Below, in pieces: positions 1 through 9,832 of a stretch of 64,000 nucleotides of DNA. Under the pieces are notes generated by a model. The model was not told the DNA's origin, made no database searches, and worked only from the letters and a program-made list of their open reading frames with translations. The first letter of the stretch is position 1. Every line of letters begins with the position of its first letter. The translations under genes were made by a program, and so were the position numbers. Origin of the DNA: Spirochaetota bacterium. Its GTDB lineage: Bacteria > Spirochaetota > UBA4802 > UBA5550. Where the stretch lies: NCBI GenBank assembly GCA_017999915.1, contig JAGNKX010000007.1, forward strand, positions 64,488-128,487, read 5' to 3'.

Positions 1-235
1 GCATATTCTCCGGGCCTTGCAGCCATACGCCGAAAACAAACGCTTTGTCAGACGTTGCGGCTGGATATGAAACTGGGTTTTGGACGGCAGTCTTGTTCTT
101 TGCTAACAATAAAAACAGAAGATTTTTTTTAGAAAAATGGGAGTTTAACGATAAAAAGTCGATTTCATTGCAGCTGTAATTAAAAAAAATCAACAGCTGA
201 AACACAAGAAAAACCAATACATGTTTCTTTTTCAT
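1..235 (-). CDS. partial CDS: N-terminal 78 codons of a signal-peptide protein that continues past the left edge
   Basis: Absent from the ORF track because it is open at the window edge. Hand translation of the reverse strand from ATG at 235 gives MKKKHVLVFLVFQLLIFFNYSCNEIDF... with no stop before position 1. GGAGAG lies about 6 nt upstream and the N-terminus is hydrophobic. Confidence 0.35.
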   Translation of the reverse strand, partial: MKKKHVLVFLVFQLLIFFNYSCNEIDFLSLNSHFSKKNLLFLLLAKNKTAVQNPVSYPAATSDKAFVFGVWLQGPENM

Positions 236-637
236 GACAATCTCTCCATATCCTTTTTTAGGATTTTGTATATTTTTAAAATAAAGAATTACGTAAGCTT
301 TTTTTGAATTCCTTATTTTTTGCGCAACCATCTATTATACTCAATTTGCGGATAACCGGCAAATTTATTTGCTGATTTTTTTGAAAAAAATTTCTTTTTG
401 ATTTATTGAATTCCGTCGGCAGTAGTGTTTTTGAAGCACTGTTAAAGAAGAAGATCGTTTGTAAAACAGTTACAGAAATTGCTGAAGCAACAGTTCCGGG
501 CTTTATTTTTCCGCGTTCCCCGGAGGTAAAAAAGTATTGACTTGAGCCTGTTTTATTATTTTTCTCTCAAAATATACACAGATCCATTTCCCAATGAATA
601 GCGGTAAAATCATCAAAGCATCAAGAAAAAGGATACC

Positions 638-1384
638 ATGGAAAGATTGGACATATTCGGCATCGGTATAATCGATACGACTCTGCAAAACGCAAAGGAT
701 GCAATGGAGTCCATAATTGACTCCCGGCCAGATAAAACGTATTCTATAGTATTTGTCAATACCTCAACGATGAATCTCGCCATAGAGGATAGAAAGTACG
801 CGGATGTGCTTAATTCGGCGGATTACGTTTTTGGCGATGGAACGGGAGTGCGCTGGGCAGTGAGGATATTATACAAGAGAAAGCTGCTGGACAATGTAAA
901 CGGAACAGACCTGATCCCGAAATTTTTACGTGAAACAACCGGCAAAAATTACCGCTACTTCCTTCTGGGCGCCGAGCCGGAAGCGATAGAGAAGGCCGCT
1001 GAAAACGCTCCGGCTTTGTTCCCGGATTGCGCGTTGGCGGGATATCACCATGGTTTCTGGAAAAAAGAAGAGAACGATGAAATCATCAGGATAATAAACG
1101 AGTCGGGAGCCCATCTGCTGCTTGTGGGGATGGGGAATCCCATACAGGAAAACTGGATTGCCGGGAATATCGGGAAACTCAAAGTGCCGCTTGTCGCCGC
1201 CGTTGGGGGCCTTTTCACCTACTGGTCAGGTGATCTTGACCGCGCTCCTCTCTGGATAAGAAAAATCGGTATGGAGTGGCTCCATATTTTGTTCCGGCAG
1301 CCCCACAAATGGCAGAGATATCTGGTCGGAAATACCAAATTTCTTGCCCGGATATTTCTTCAGGCCGCCCGGGGGAAGTCATGA
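638..1384 (+). CDS. WecG/TagA/CpsF-family (GT26) glycosyltransferase
   Basis: Family-typical blocks: GTDLIP, YFLLGAEPEAIEKAA, AGYHHGFW, LLLVGMGNPIQENW, VGGLFTYWSGDLDRAP.W...G.EWL.ILFRQP. Confidence 0.85.
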   Translation: MERLDIFGIGIIDTTLQNAKDAMESIIDSRPDKTYSIVFVNTSTMNLAIEDRKYADVLNSADYVFGDGTGVRWAVRILYKRKLLDNVNGTDLIPKFLRETTGKNYRYFLLGAEPEAIEKAAENAPALFPDCALAGYHHGFWKKEENDEIIRIINESGAHLLLVGMGNPIQENWIAGNIGKLKVPLVAAVGGLFTYWSGDLDRAPLWIRKIGMEWLHILFRQPHKWQRYLVGNTKFLARIFLQAARGKS

Positions 1385-2241
1385 TTGATCGAATTTCCAC
1401 TATCCGCTGGCATGTGAAAAAAAGCTCGAGAAAGATAATTGCCTACGGCACATCCCCGTTCATGCGCCTGTGCCGTTCAATTCCGGGCGTCAAACCATCG
1501 GTGCGTGTGCTGACATATCACCGGTTTGGCGATCGCGCCTATGACCCGTTTTGCGTTTCGATTCCCGTCTTTTCCATGCAAATGAAATGGCTGGCTGAAA
1601 CGGGGCGCGCCGTTACGCTCGAGCAGGTGGAGGCCCACGCGTCCGGCAATGCGGCCGTTCCCGACGGCTCTGTCCTGGTAACGATAGACGACGGGTTCAG
1701 AAGCGTATATACCGACGCGCTGCCTGTTCTTCAAAAATACCGCATCCCGGCTGTCGTGTTTGTTGCGTCGGGGGCAATCGGGAAAACAGAACAGGGATCG
1801 GAATATAGCGACCAGTATCTGCTCCCGGAAGATATCAGGAAGATTTCCAGGGACGGCATTGCCATCGGGTCCCATTCGGTCAGCCATGGTTCGATGGCCC
1901 GGTTGTCTCCGCCTGATATGGAGAGAGAGGCAAGGGACTCAAGACGAATTCTGGAGAAGCTTGCCGGCAAGCCGGTGACTTCTTTCGCATATCCTTACGG
2001 CACAAGGGCCGATTATAACGATGATACGGCGCGCATATTGCGGAATTGCGGATATACTTCAGTGTATACTTCGCAGCATGGACCGGTTCATGCGGGGATG
2101 GACCCCTGGGAATTGCCGCGTGTAAAGGTCGAGGGAGGGGAATCCCTGTCCATGTTCAAATGCATCTGCGATGGCGGCATGGACGCGTGGAGGCTGGTGG
2201 ACAGACTCCTGTCCGGCTTCCAGAATGTAAACCGCAAATGA
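1381..2241 (+). CDS. polysaccharide deacetylase (NodB/CE4 homology domain)
   Basis: Motifs VLTYHRF, TIDDGFRSVY, PAVVFV, GSHSVSH. Start placed at the internal ATG 1381, which overlaps the upstream TGA (ATGA), rather than the ORF-track ATG at 1276 lying inside the upstream gene. Confidence 0.8.
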   Translation: MIDRISTIRWHVKKSSRKIIAYGTSPFMRLCRSIPGVKPSVRVLTYHRFGDRAYDPFCVSIPVFSMQMKWLAETGRAVTLEQVEAHASGNAAVPDGSVLVTIDDGFRSVYTDALPVLQKYRIPAVVFVASGAIGKTEQGSEYSDQYLLPEDIRKISRDGIAIGSHSVSHGSMARLSPPDMEREARDSRRILEKLAGKPVTSFAYPYGTRADYNDDTARILRNCGYTSVYTSQHGPVHAGMDPWELPRVKVEGGESLSMFKCICDGGMDAWRLVDRLLSGFQNVNRK

Positions 2242-2287
2242 GCGCAAATCAGCGCTTGTTTTGATTTCATAACTGTCAGGAAAAGGC

Positions 2288-3175
2288 ATGGATAAACAGA
2301 TCTCTGTCGTAATACCGTCCTATAATTCCCAGAAAACAATATCGTACACCCTTGATTCATTGTTGAAGCAGAAAGGCGATTACATCAAAGAAATCATTGT
2401 CGCCGATTCTTCCGACAATCCGGGGATGAAGGATATAATCGCTAAATATTCTCCGGGAGTAAAATTTATCAATACCGGGACGAGGGTCATGCCGGCGTTG
2501 GGCCGGAACCTGGGCGCCGGCCAAGCCACGGGAAAGATACTAGCTTTCCTGGATTCGGACGCGATCGCGGTAGAGGATTGGTCTGAAAAGATTGCCCTGG
2601 CATATGGGAAAGGATATAAGGCCGGAGGAGGGGGTGTCGAGCTTCCCGGGTTTCAACGGAATAATTCAATAGCTGCGGCGCAGTATTATCTCCAGCTTAA
2701 TGAATTCATTCCGGCGGGCAGGGAGCGTGTGAAATCCATCCTTCCCGGGGTCAATATTTTCTGCGAGCGCGAACTGTTCAACAGGGTGGGGGGGTTCCCG
2801 GAAGTCAGGGCGTCCGAGGACACGCTATTCGGCCTGGCCGTATCCAGGCACACCCGGTACTGGTTTGTGCCGGGTATTACCGTGGCCCATATATTCAGGG
2901 AGGATCTGAAGGGGTTCCTCAATAACCAGGAATTGCTCGGAAAATATATCATCCTGTATAGACGGAAATATTATTCAAGCCCGATTTACAGGGGAATTAT
3001 ACCCGTGCTGCTGTTCCCGGCCATTATCACGTTCAAGACACTCCGGATGATTGTGCGAATAGCCCTTTCCCGGCGTGGGGAGATATTAAGGTTCTTCAAG
3101 GTGTCGCCGCTGTTCATGAAGGGCATGGTGTACTGGAGCAGGGGTTTTTTGAAGGGGTGTTTCGAAAAGACCTGA
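2288..3175 (+). CDS. family-2 glycosyltransferase
   Basis: N-terminal ISVVIPSYN, DSD (FLDSDA) and C-terminal membrane-associated helices. AGGAAAAGG lies upstream of the ATG. Confidence 0.8.
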   Translation: MDKQISVVIPSYNSQKTISYTLDSLLKQKGDYIKEIIVADSSDNPGMKDIIAKYSPGVKFINTGTRVMPALGRNLGAGQATGKILAFLDSDAIAVEDWSEKIALAYGKGYKAGGGGVELPGFQRNNSIAAAQYYLQLNEFIPAGRERVKSILPGVNIFCERELFNRVGGFPEVRASEDTLFGLAVSRHTRYWFVPGITVAHIFREDLKGFLNNQELLGKYIILYRRKYYSSPIYRGIIPVLLFPAIITFKTLRMIVRIALSRRGEILRFFKVSPLFMKGMVYWSRGFLKGCFEKT

Positions 3176-3180
3176 GCATA

Positions 3181-4425
3181 TCAGCCTATTAATACTTCTT
3201 GCGGCAGGGCGTGGCTCAGAAAGCCTGTTGGAGAGGCGGATAATCCGTAAGCGCCGGCATTGAAGAGCACCAGCAAATCCCCCTCTTCTAGTTTCGGCAT
3301 TTTAACATTGCGCCCGATGCAATCCAGCGGGGTACAGAGGGGGCCGCAAATTTCGTAGCTGATTTCTTCTGGCATGGAAATCTTATTGGCGCAGGCAAAG
3401 GGAAAGTTTCTTTTAATGATCTGCCCCAGGTTGCCGCTTGCAGCCAGGTTGTGGTTCATTCCCCCGTCGCAGATGGCGAAATGTTTGCCGCGGCTCTGCT
3501 TAACGGCCACAATGGATGTTATATACATGCCAGATTCAGCCGTGAGAAATCTTCCCGGCTCGAGGATGATTTTCAGGTTCGAAAAAGCTTTTTCCCGGTC
3601 GATTAACTTCTGGCGCTCCCGCTTCAATGCCTGCCCCAGGTCGGCCAGGTCCAGCGGTTTCTCGTCTTCATAATAGGGGATGCCGAAACCACCGCCAAGA
3701 TCGAGGGTCGATAAAAGCAGCCCGTGATTTATTAAAATACTCTCGCACAGTTCCAGCGCATGGGCATAAAGTTTTGCCAGTGAAACTGAATCAAGAATCT
3801 GTGTGCCTGCGTAAATATGAAGCCCGGACAATTTCAGGTTGGCGCACTTCATGATAGCCTGTACGGCTTCGTTCAGCATCTCTTCGTCAAAACCAAAGGC
3901 GATCGGCTTGCCTCCCATCTGGATGGCGCCGGTTTGAAATTGATTGGACGGATTGATCCGAATGGAAACCGGTTGGTTCCTGTTTAGTTGTTTTGCCGCC
4001 TCGTTGCAGCGCGTAATTTCAGAAAAAGATTCGAGATGGATTTCCGCTATGCCTTTTTCTATCGTGGTGCGGAGGTCAATTGTCCTTTTACCGGGACCGG
4101 CGTATATGATCTTGGCGGGATCGCAGCCTGCCGCGATTGATTTTTCGAATTCACCCGGTGATGCGATCTCCGTCCCGCAGCCATTATTTACAAAAAAGGC
4201 GATGACATCATTGTGCGGGTTTGCTTTAACCGAATAAAATATATCGCAGAAAGGAAGATTCGTCCTTATCGTATCTAGTTTCTGCTTCAATACTCCCGCA
4301 TCATAGAGGTATAAAGGGGTCGAGCGTTTATTAGCTAGGTCGATAATTGATTCCCCGCCTGCAAACAGCGTGTTGTCCCTGACCTCGAAATAGGAGTCAA
4401 TAATGCTTTGCCCGACTTTGTTCAT
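3181..4425 (-). CDS. PLP-dependent decarboxylase, Orn/DAP/Arg decarboxylase (fold type III) family
   Basis: Motifs YSVKANPH (PLP lysine), GGGFGIPY, EPGRFL, CGPLCTPLD. The ATG overlaps the stop of the upstream ligase (ATGA at 4422-4425). Confidence 0.85.
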   Translation of the reverse strand: MNKVGQSIIDSYFEVRDNTLFAGGESIIDLANKRSTPLYLYDAGVLKQKLDTIRTNLPFCDIFYSVKANPHNDVIAFFVNNGCGTEIASPGEFEKSIAAGCDPAKIIYAGPGKRTIDLRTTIEKGIAEIHLESFSEITRCNEAAKQLNRNQPVSIRINPSNQFQTGAIQMGGKPIAFGFDEEMLNEAVQAIMKCANLKLSGLHIYAGTQILDSVSLAKLYAHALELCESILINHGLLLSTLDLGGGFGIPYYEDEKPLDLADLGQALKRERQKLIDREKAFSNLKIILEPGRFLTAESGMYITSIVAVKQSRGKHFAICDGGMNHNLAASGNLGQIIKRNFPFACANKISMPEEISYEICGPLCTPLDCIGRNVKMPKLEEGDLLVLFNAGAYGLSASPTGFLSHALPQEVLIG

Positions 4426-5960
4426 TGCTGATTTCTCGCCTTTAAAGCCGGATAGTCAATTTTACCGGACGCGGTTTTAGGAAGTTGGTCGACGAATTCA
4501 TACATTTTGGGGATCATGTAATAGGGCATATTTTTGGCGTTATATTCAATTAATAATTTTTGGGCCTCATCATTTTTGCCTGGTTCGAGCGGAACCAGGT
4601 ATAACTTTATTAAATGTCCCGCGTTGGGATCGCTGATCCCGATTGCTGCGACTTCTTTGATGAACCCGCTGGAAAAAACGATCTCCTCGATTTCCGAGGG
4701 GCTCATCCTGAATCCCAGTGATTTGATCATGTTATCTTTTCTGCCGACGATATACAGGAACCCGTCATTGTCCCTGTAGGCGATGTCGCCGGAGAAAACG
4801 GCCATTTCACTGCTTATCTGCCCGGCCCCGCCTCTGGGGCAATTATACTGCTTGAACCTGATATTATTTTCCTCTTCCCTGTTCCAGTATCCGAGTGAAA
4901 CGGTCGGTCCGCGGTGCACAAGTTCGCCGTGTTCCAGGGGATCGCACATTGAGCCGTCTTCCCGCACCACGAAGAGTTCATTATTTGGTATTGCCTTGCC
5001 GATGGAAGTCATGTGGCTGTCAAAGTCTTTGAACTCCAGGTAGGAGGAACGGAAGGCCTCCGTAAGGCCGTACATGAGTATTATTTCAGTATTGGGTATA
5101 AGTTCTCTCAGCTTTTGCAGGACATACGTGGGCACGGCTCCGCCGGAATTGGTGATATACCTCAAACGGGGAAGGGAGGTTTTCCCGATCGAAGAGCGTA
5201 TCAGGAGCGCCCAAATTGGGGGGATCCCGGCGAGACCGGTAATGTCATATTTTGCCAGAGCGGCGACAATTTCATTCGGCAGTCTGAATGAAAAAAAGCA
5301 ATATGTGCCGCCGGTCATGATCATGGTTACCAGTTGATTTAATCCATAATCAAAAGACAGGGGCAAAATTCCCAGCAGGACATCCTTCTCCGTTAAAGAT
5401 AAATACTGGGATACGATACGGCCACCTACCACGAGGTTTTTATGGGAAATCATGACCCCTTTTGGCCTGCCTGACGAACCGGATGTATAGAGAATGGCTG
5501 CGCAGTCGTTCTCTATCACCGGTATGTTTCTGGGGAAAACGGTCGTTGCGTCGCCAATTGTATCGAGAATGAGTATATGCTTGAGATGAGGACAATCCGG
5601 GATGATATCTTTGAGTCCATCTTTCCTGTCTCTTGATGTCAGCAGCACTGTTACCTCGACGTCGGCCAGTATATGCTGGACCTGGGCGGGTTTCAGGAGA
5701 GCGTGTATCGGGATAAAAGTAGCTCCCGTGGCGCAAATTCCCAGTATGGAAACCGCCTGCCTGTGGTCGTGGTCAAAATAAAACGCGACCCTGTCTAACG
5801 GTTTAACGCCTATTTTAAGCAATTCATCATAAACAAATGACGCTTTATGGGCCAGCTCGTCGAATGAAAGTGACCCTGAATTGTCATGTATGGCTGTCTT
5901 GGCTGGATATTTGGATAAGGATGACAAAAAACAATGATGGAGAATGTAATCGTAGATCAT
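4422..5960 (-). CDS. adenylate-forming (AMP-dependent) synthetase/ligase, probably loads the adjacent carrier protein
   Basis: AMP-binding signature ILYTSGSSGRPKGV, YGLTE, a GD..YRD.DGFLYIVGR block and a C-terminal PKT.SGKI lysine. It starts 12 nt downstream of the ACP gene. Confidence 0.85.
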   Translation of the reverse strand: MIYDYILHHCFLSSLSKYPAKTAIHDNSGSLSFDELAHKASFVYDELLKIGVKPLDRVAFYFDHDHRQAVSILGICATGATFIPIHALLKPAQVQHILADVEVTVLLTSRDRKDGLKDIIPDCPHLKHILILDTIGDATTVFPRNIPVIENDCAAILYTSGSSGRPKGVMISHKNLVVGGRIVSQYLSLTEKDVLLGILPLSFDYGLNQLVTMIMTGGTYCFFSFRLPNEIVAALAKYDITGLAGIPPIWALLIRSSIGKTSLPRLRYITNSGGAVPTYVLQKLRELIPNTEIILMYGLTEAFRSSYLEFKDFDSHMTSIGKAIPNNELFVVREDGSMCDPLEHGELVHRGPTVSLGYWNREEENNIRFKQYNCPRGGAGQISSEMAVFSGDIAYRDNDGFLYIVGRKDNMIKSLGFRMSPSEIEEIVFSSGFIKEVAAIGISDPNAGHLIKLYLVPLEPGKNDEAQKLLIEYNAKNMPYYMIPKMYEFVDQLPKTASGKIDYPALKARNQQ

Positions 5961-5972
5961 AGAAACCCGTCA

Positions 5973-6227
5973 TCAAGCCTTTATTTTGGAATTAATAAAA
6001 CTAGTAATGGATTTTATCGAATTGAAATTACTTTCATCAACCTCTTCATCCTTGATGATAACGCCGAATTCTTCTTCAAGAAACTGAATAATGGTGAGGA
6101 TGCCCAGCGAGTCTATAATCTTGTCTTTCAAAAGACTCGATTCTTCATTAATGTTATAGGCTTTGGCATTGGGGAAATTTTCCAAAATAAAATTTAAAAT
6201 ATTTTTTTGGATGGCCTTCGATTCCAT
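5973..6227 (-). CDS. acyl/peptidyl carrier protein (DltC-like)
   Basis: 84 aa, acidic, with the phosphopantetheine-site motif IIDSLGILTIIQFLEEEFG. Confidence 0.75.
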   Translation of the reverse strand: MESKAIQKNILNFILENFPNAKAYNINEESSLLKDKIIDSLGILTIIQFLEEEFGVIIKDEEVDESNFNSIKSITSFINSKIKA

Positions 6228-6435
6228 TGTTAAAAATCCTTTTAGTTATTTGCCGAAGAGTAAATATTATGTGTATCAGGAATAAAAAAAATGCTGCTGC
6301 GAAAAGCCGCCCGCAGACCGCGCTCCAGGTTGTTTTTTTTAATAAACTGAAATGAGGCAAATCTTGTGTCAATCCATTTTTTAGGTTTTAACGAATCGGG
6401 CGAAGAGTCTTGCCGATGTTTTATATCGAATCAAT

Positions 6436-7113
6436 CTATACAATTGTATCAGACCCGTCAAATGGCTTTTGAAACTCCTTAATATTTTTTGACAATTCGC
6501 GAATGGATTTATCCCACCAGGATGATTCCTTGATTTTCTTTATGGTGTCCGGGTCAAATCTGTAACGCAATATCCGGGCCGGAAAACCGGAAACTACTGC
6601 AAAATCCGGCACGTCCTGGGACACGACCGAGTTTGCGCCGATCACGGCGCCGTCGCCGATCCTGGAAACGGACGGCATTATTACGGCGTTGTGCCCGATC
6701 CAAACATCGTTCCCGATGGTAAGCTGTGTCCTCGCAAGTATGTCTTCTTTTACTAATCCGAACCAGGGATTGAAAAAGAACGCGTGAGTGGAGAGCAGGT
6801 TCATCGGATGATTTGCGTTAAAGACTTTTATTGAATTGGCAAAGGAGCAGTATCTTCCGATTTTTGTTGCGGGAGGCGTGTGTGTAAAATTAAATAAAAC
6901 AAAGCACCCGCCTTCCGAATACATGCCAATATCCAGATGGAAGTAATTATTAAAAATTTTCCTCAATGTAATGGTGTATAATTCGCCCTTTTCCAGTTTC
7001 AATATGAGCGACATTAATATTTTCCTGATTCTTAATGATTTAATAATTCCAAATGCAGGATATAAAAGATATTTTGCCAGGAAATGCTCGCATCCTTCTT
7101 TTTCCGTTTTCAT
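6436..7113 (-). CDS. hexapeptide-repeat (LbH) O-acetyltransferase, xenobiotic/CatB-Vat-like
   Basis: IGNDVWIGHNAVIMPSVSRIGDGAVIGANSVVSQDVPDFAVVSGFPARILRYRF. Confidence 0.75.
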   Translation of the reverse strand: MKTEKEGCEHFLAKYLLYPAFGIIKSLRIRKILMSLILKLEKGELYTITLRKIFNNYFHLDIGMYSEGGCFVLFNFTHTPPATKIGRYCSFANSIKVFNANHPMNLLSTHAFFFNPWFGLVKEDILARTQLTIGNDVWIGHNAVIMPSVSRIGDGAVIGANSVVSQDVPDFAVVSGFPARILRYRFDPDTIKKIKESSWWDKSIRELSKNIKEFQKPFDGSDTIV

Positions 7114-7178
7114 AGCTGCCCCATTTATTCAAATGTTGATGATAGATGATAAGACAATTACGGCTTACGCGTTGCGCA

Positions 7179-8168
7179 TTAGTCGTCGCTGCTTCTCATG
7201 ACATTCGAGTCATTCCTTGCCAATTTGCGGTACGATGATCTCAGGGCGTTGTTCACTTTGTACGGCAGTATGAGCAGCGCGCCTTTTACGAGTGATTTCA
7301 TCGAAAAATCGTGCCGTAGGCTTTTTTTCCAGACCCCGATCGCGTTTATGGCATTTCCATTTTCTTTTTCAATCACGGCTTTATCGTATAATAAAGCGGC
7401 TAACCTTTTCCCTAGGAATCGTTTCTCTTCCCCGTTGATCTGGCTGTTGTCGAGTAATGAATACGCATTCATTATCTGATTCGAGATGGTTATGGATTTA
7501 TTTTTCTTGTTGACCGCCGACAGGTTCGCCACCGCATCATCATCCCGCCTGTACGCTATCAATAGCGGTTCGAAGCTGACGCCCCATTCGCCGCAGAGGG
7601 ATACACGCGTGAAAAAATCACCGTCTTCAAATATGGCCATTTTTTCATTGAACAGTCCGGCCTGGTCCAGTACGCTTTTTTTCACCATGCATGTCGGTAC
7701 CAGGAACCAGTTGGTAAAACATGCGATGAGGGGCCTCTTGATGATGGAATCCTCAAGGTTTTTTTCCAGGAACCGCCTTTCATCGAAATAGTTGAAGGAA
7801 TAGTTTTTTCCGATGAAAATGGCGTTTGTAACATGCGCCACGATATGAGGGTGCGAATCAATGAAAGCCATCTGTATCTCAAGCTTGTTCGGATTCCATT
7901 CATCATCGGAATCCAAAAAGGCGATCCATTCGCCGGACGCGTTATTTATGCCGGTGTTTCTTGCTGCGGATACTCCCTTGTTTTCCTGGTATATGTATTT
8001 TACCTGGCTGCGATAGGCCTCCAACACCGCTTTCGTGTCATCCGTTGATCCGTCATCTATGACCAGTATCTCCTTGTGCACATAGGTTTGATTCAGCGCG
8101 CTTTTTATGGCCAGTTCTATTGAGTTTGAACGGTTATATGTCGGGATCACTATTGATACCAGTTTCAT
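7179..8168 (-). CDS. family-2 glycosyltransferase
   Basis: VSIVIPTYNRS, VIDDGSTDDT, FLDSDDEW. Confidence 0.85.
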   Translation of the reverse strand: MKLVSIVIPTYNRSNSIELAIKSALNQTYVHKEILVIDDGSTDDTKAVLEAYRSQVKYIYQENKGVSAARNTGINNASGEWIAFLDSDDEWNPNKLEIQMAFIDSHPHIVAHVTNAIFIGKNYSFNYFDERRFLEKNLEDSIIKRPLIACFTNWFLVPTCMVKKSVLDQAGLFNEKMAIFEDGDFFTRVSLCGEWGVSFEPLLIAYRRDDDAVANLSAVNKKNKSITISNQIMNAYSLLDNSQINGEEKRFLGKRLAALLYDKAVIEKENGNAINAIGVWKKSLRHDFSMKSLVKGALLILPYKVNNALRSSYRKLARNDSNVMRSSDD

Positions 8169-8239
8169 TCTTGGCCCTCATTATATCATGTGAACGGCGA
8201 ATTGAATGTTGCGAAAACGATTGCCGCCGATCTGCTTTA

Positions 8240-9406
8240 TTAAATGCCGAATTTTATTAATGCGAACTGTTTTATAAGGCCGAATATTTTTATCACGTCG
8301 TTCATGGAACGGTCAAACCCGACCGTTTCTTCCGGAAGCTTTTCAAACAATATTTGATTGGCCAGTCTGCACAAGTACCTGTTTCTCTTTTTCAGGAGCA
8401 GGCTCTTTTGCGATTCGATTACCGTCTCCGGACCGACATTTTCAAGATGGATATCGCCATTGCGTGTGGCGAGTTCCAAGAGGGCTTCGGCTCTCTCGTT
8501 CCTCGCAATTACCACGGAATGGCCCGGGCTTGTGCCGGTATACTTGTCAAGCCACGCGTCGCCGAATGATAAATCCGCGGATTCGCCGGTGCAGTCATGG
8601 CACAGAAGGCAGCGCTTGTTTCTGTTTTTGCTTTTGCACAATACCGTGCTCCATATTTTGATATACTCTTCACGGTACAGAATTGTATTGTCTTTTGACA
8701 ATAGCGTGAAATATCCAGGCCATCCATCACCCCGGTACCGGAGCCTTGAAATATCCCCGAACTTGATCCCGCTGTTATCTATGATTTCCTTCGTGGCCGA
8801 CATCTTTGGAGTATGGGCGCAAAAAAGCGCAATTTTTAAAAAGTCGTATTTCTTAATTGTCTTCTGGTATTTGGTCAGGGCTTGTATGTCGCACGGTTTT
8901 CCCACAAATACATAGGAGCCGCCGTCTTTCAGCTTAAGGTCTTTCAATCCCCTGCAGACAAAGGCGGGGGCATATCGTGACCCGCGGGCCGATAGTATGT
9001 CATGCCTGGTTTTTGCCAGAATAACTTCGTTGTCAAGAATATCGGAGCCATGTTGCCTGGTGCAGATGACGCCGTCAAATTTTTTGTCATTAAGGAGAGA
9101 TGTGCAGAGTGAAGTTATAAGGCCGCCCGAAGAAGAAGTCGATCGGATTATTTCGTCGGTTGAATAGCCTACAAAATATGACTTGGCGAATCCGAGCAAA
9201 TTATAATTATCCTGGTCGGCAATGGGAGTGAGTCCCGGACAAGCCTTGACGCAAAGACCGCAATTGTTGCATGATTCGTTTACGACGGGCTTTTTATCGA
9301 TGTAGCCCGTTATGCTTATTGCGCCCGCAGGACAAATGCTGTAGCATATTCCACATTTTGCGCACAGGTTTTTAGCGACAACTGTAGAAATGTTTTTAAT
9401 TACCAA
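8240..9406 (-). CDS. FrhB-family (coenzyme F420 hydrogenase/dehydrogenase beta-like) protein with N-terminal 2x[4Fe-4S] ferredoxin motifs
   Basis: CAKCGICYSICPAG and CNNCGLCVKACPG clusters, then an SSSGGLITSL flavin-site-like block and a Cys-rich C-terminal domain. Confidence 0.7.
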   Translation of the reverse strand: MVIKNISTVVAKNLCAKCGICYSICPAGAISITGYIDKKPVVNESCNNCGLCVKACPGLTPIADQDNYNLLGFAKSYFVGYSTDEIIRSTSSSGGLITSLCTSLLNDKKFDGVICTRQHGSDILDNEVILAKTRHDILSARGSRYAPAFVCRGLKDLKLKDGGSYVFVGKPCDIQALTKYQKTIKKYDFLKIALFCAHTPKMSATKEIIDNSGIKFGDISRLRYRGDGWPGYFTLLSKDNTILYREEYIKIWSTVLCKSKNRNKRCLLCHDCTGESADLSFGDAWLDKYTGTSPGHSVVIARNERAEALLELATRNGDIHLENVGPETVIESQKSLLLKKRNRYLCRLANQILFEKLPEETVGFDRSMNDVIKIFGLIKQFALIKFGI

Positions 9407-9832
9407 TTAAATAACCGTTATGTAGATGATTATTTAATTTAAATCAAAACACAACAGAAGATGTCAAGAATTTATATGCGCAATTTCATGAAAAACGAAT
9501 AAACCATGGATACTGGTTGAGTATATGCCTGACGGAAATTCATTAAAGGCCGCGGACCAATCACTGGGAATTATATTTTTCAGCAATGAAAAAAATTGTA
9601 AATAAAATAAAACTGTCTTGACGATGTGGGCGATGTTAAATTGATGTTATAATGATTTTTTCAAGAAAGCTGTTTTTTATTTTTTCCCTACATCGACCTT
9701 GAGTGAATATATATTAATAAGATCTGTCAATCAATTTATTCGTCTAAATGCGAATCGTTGGCAAAATAAAAAAGGATCCATGTATGCTTTCAGAGTTTTT
9801 AGGGGAAATATAACAAAAAGGTCTTCGTAAAA

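Noticed and set aside
1276-1380. The upstream ATG given by the ORF track for the deacetylase. The same issue applies to 28393 for ppnP, 46217 for the helical protein, 56469 for the acyl-CoA synthetase and 59066 for the START protein.
   Set aside because: These extensions overlap the preceding gene or lack an SD. Internal ATGs give family-typical N-termini, signal peptides or SD spacing.
3175-3181. Convergent GT2 and decarboxylase genes separated by only 5 nt, with no terminator.
   Set aside because: This is real but unremarkable. Tight convergent gene ends occur commonly, and no structure was seen to interpret.
6154-6372. 72-aa minus-strand ORF overlapping the 5' end of the ACP gene.
   Set aside because: It is out of frame with a well-supported ACP and has hydrophobic, low-information sequence.
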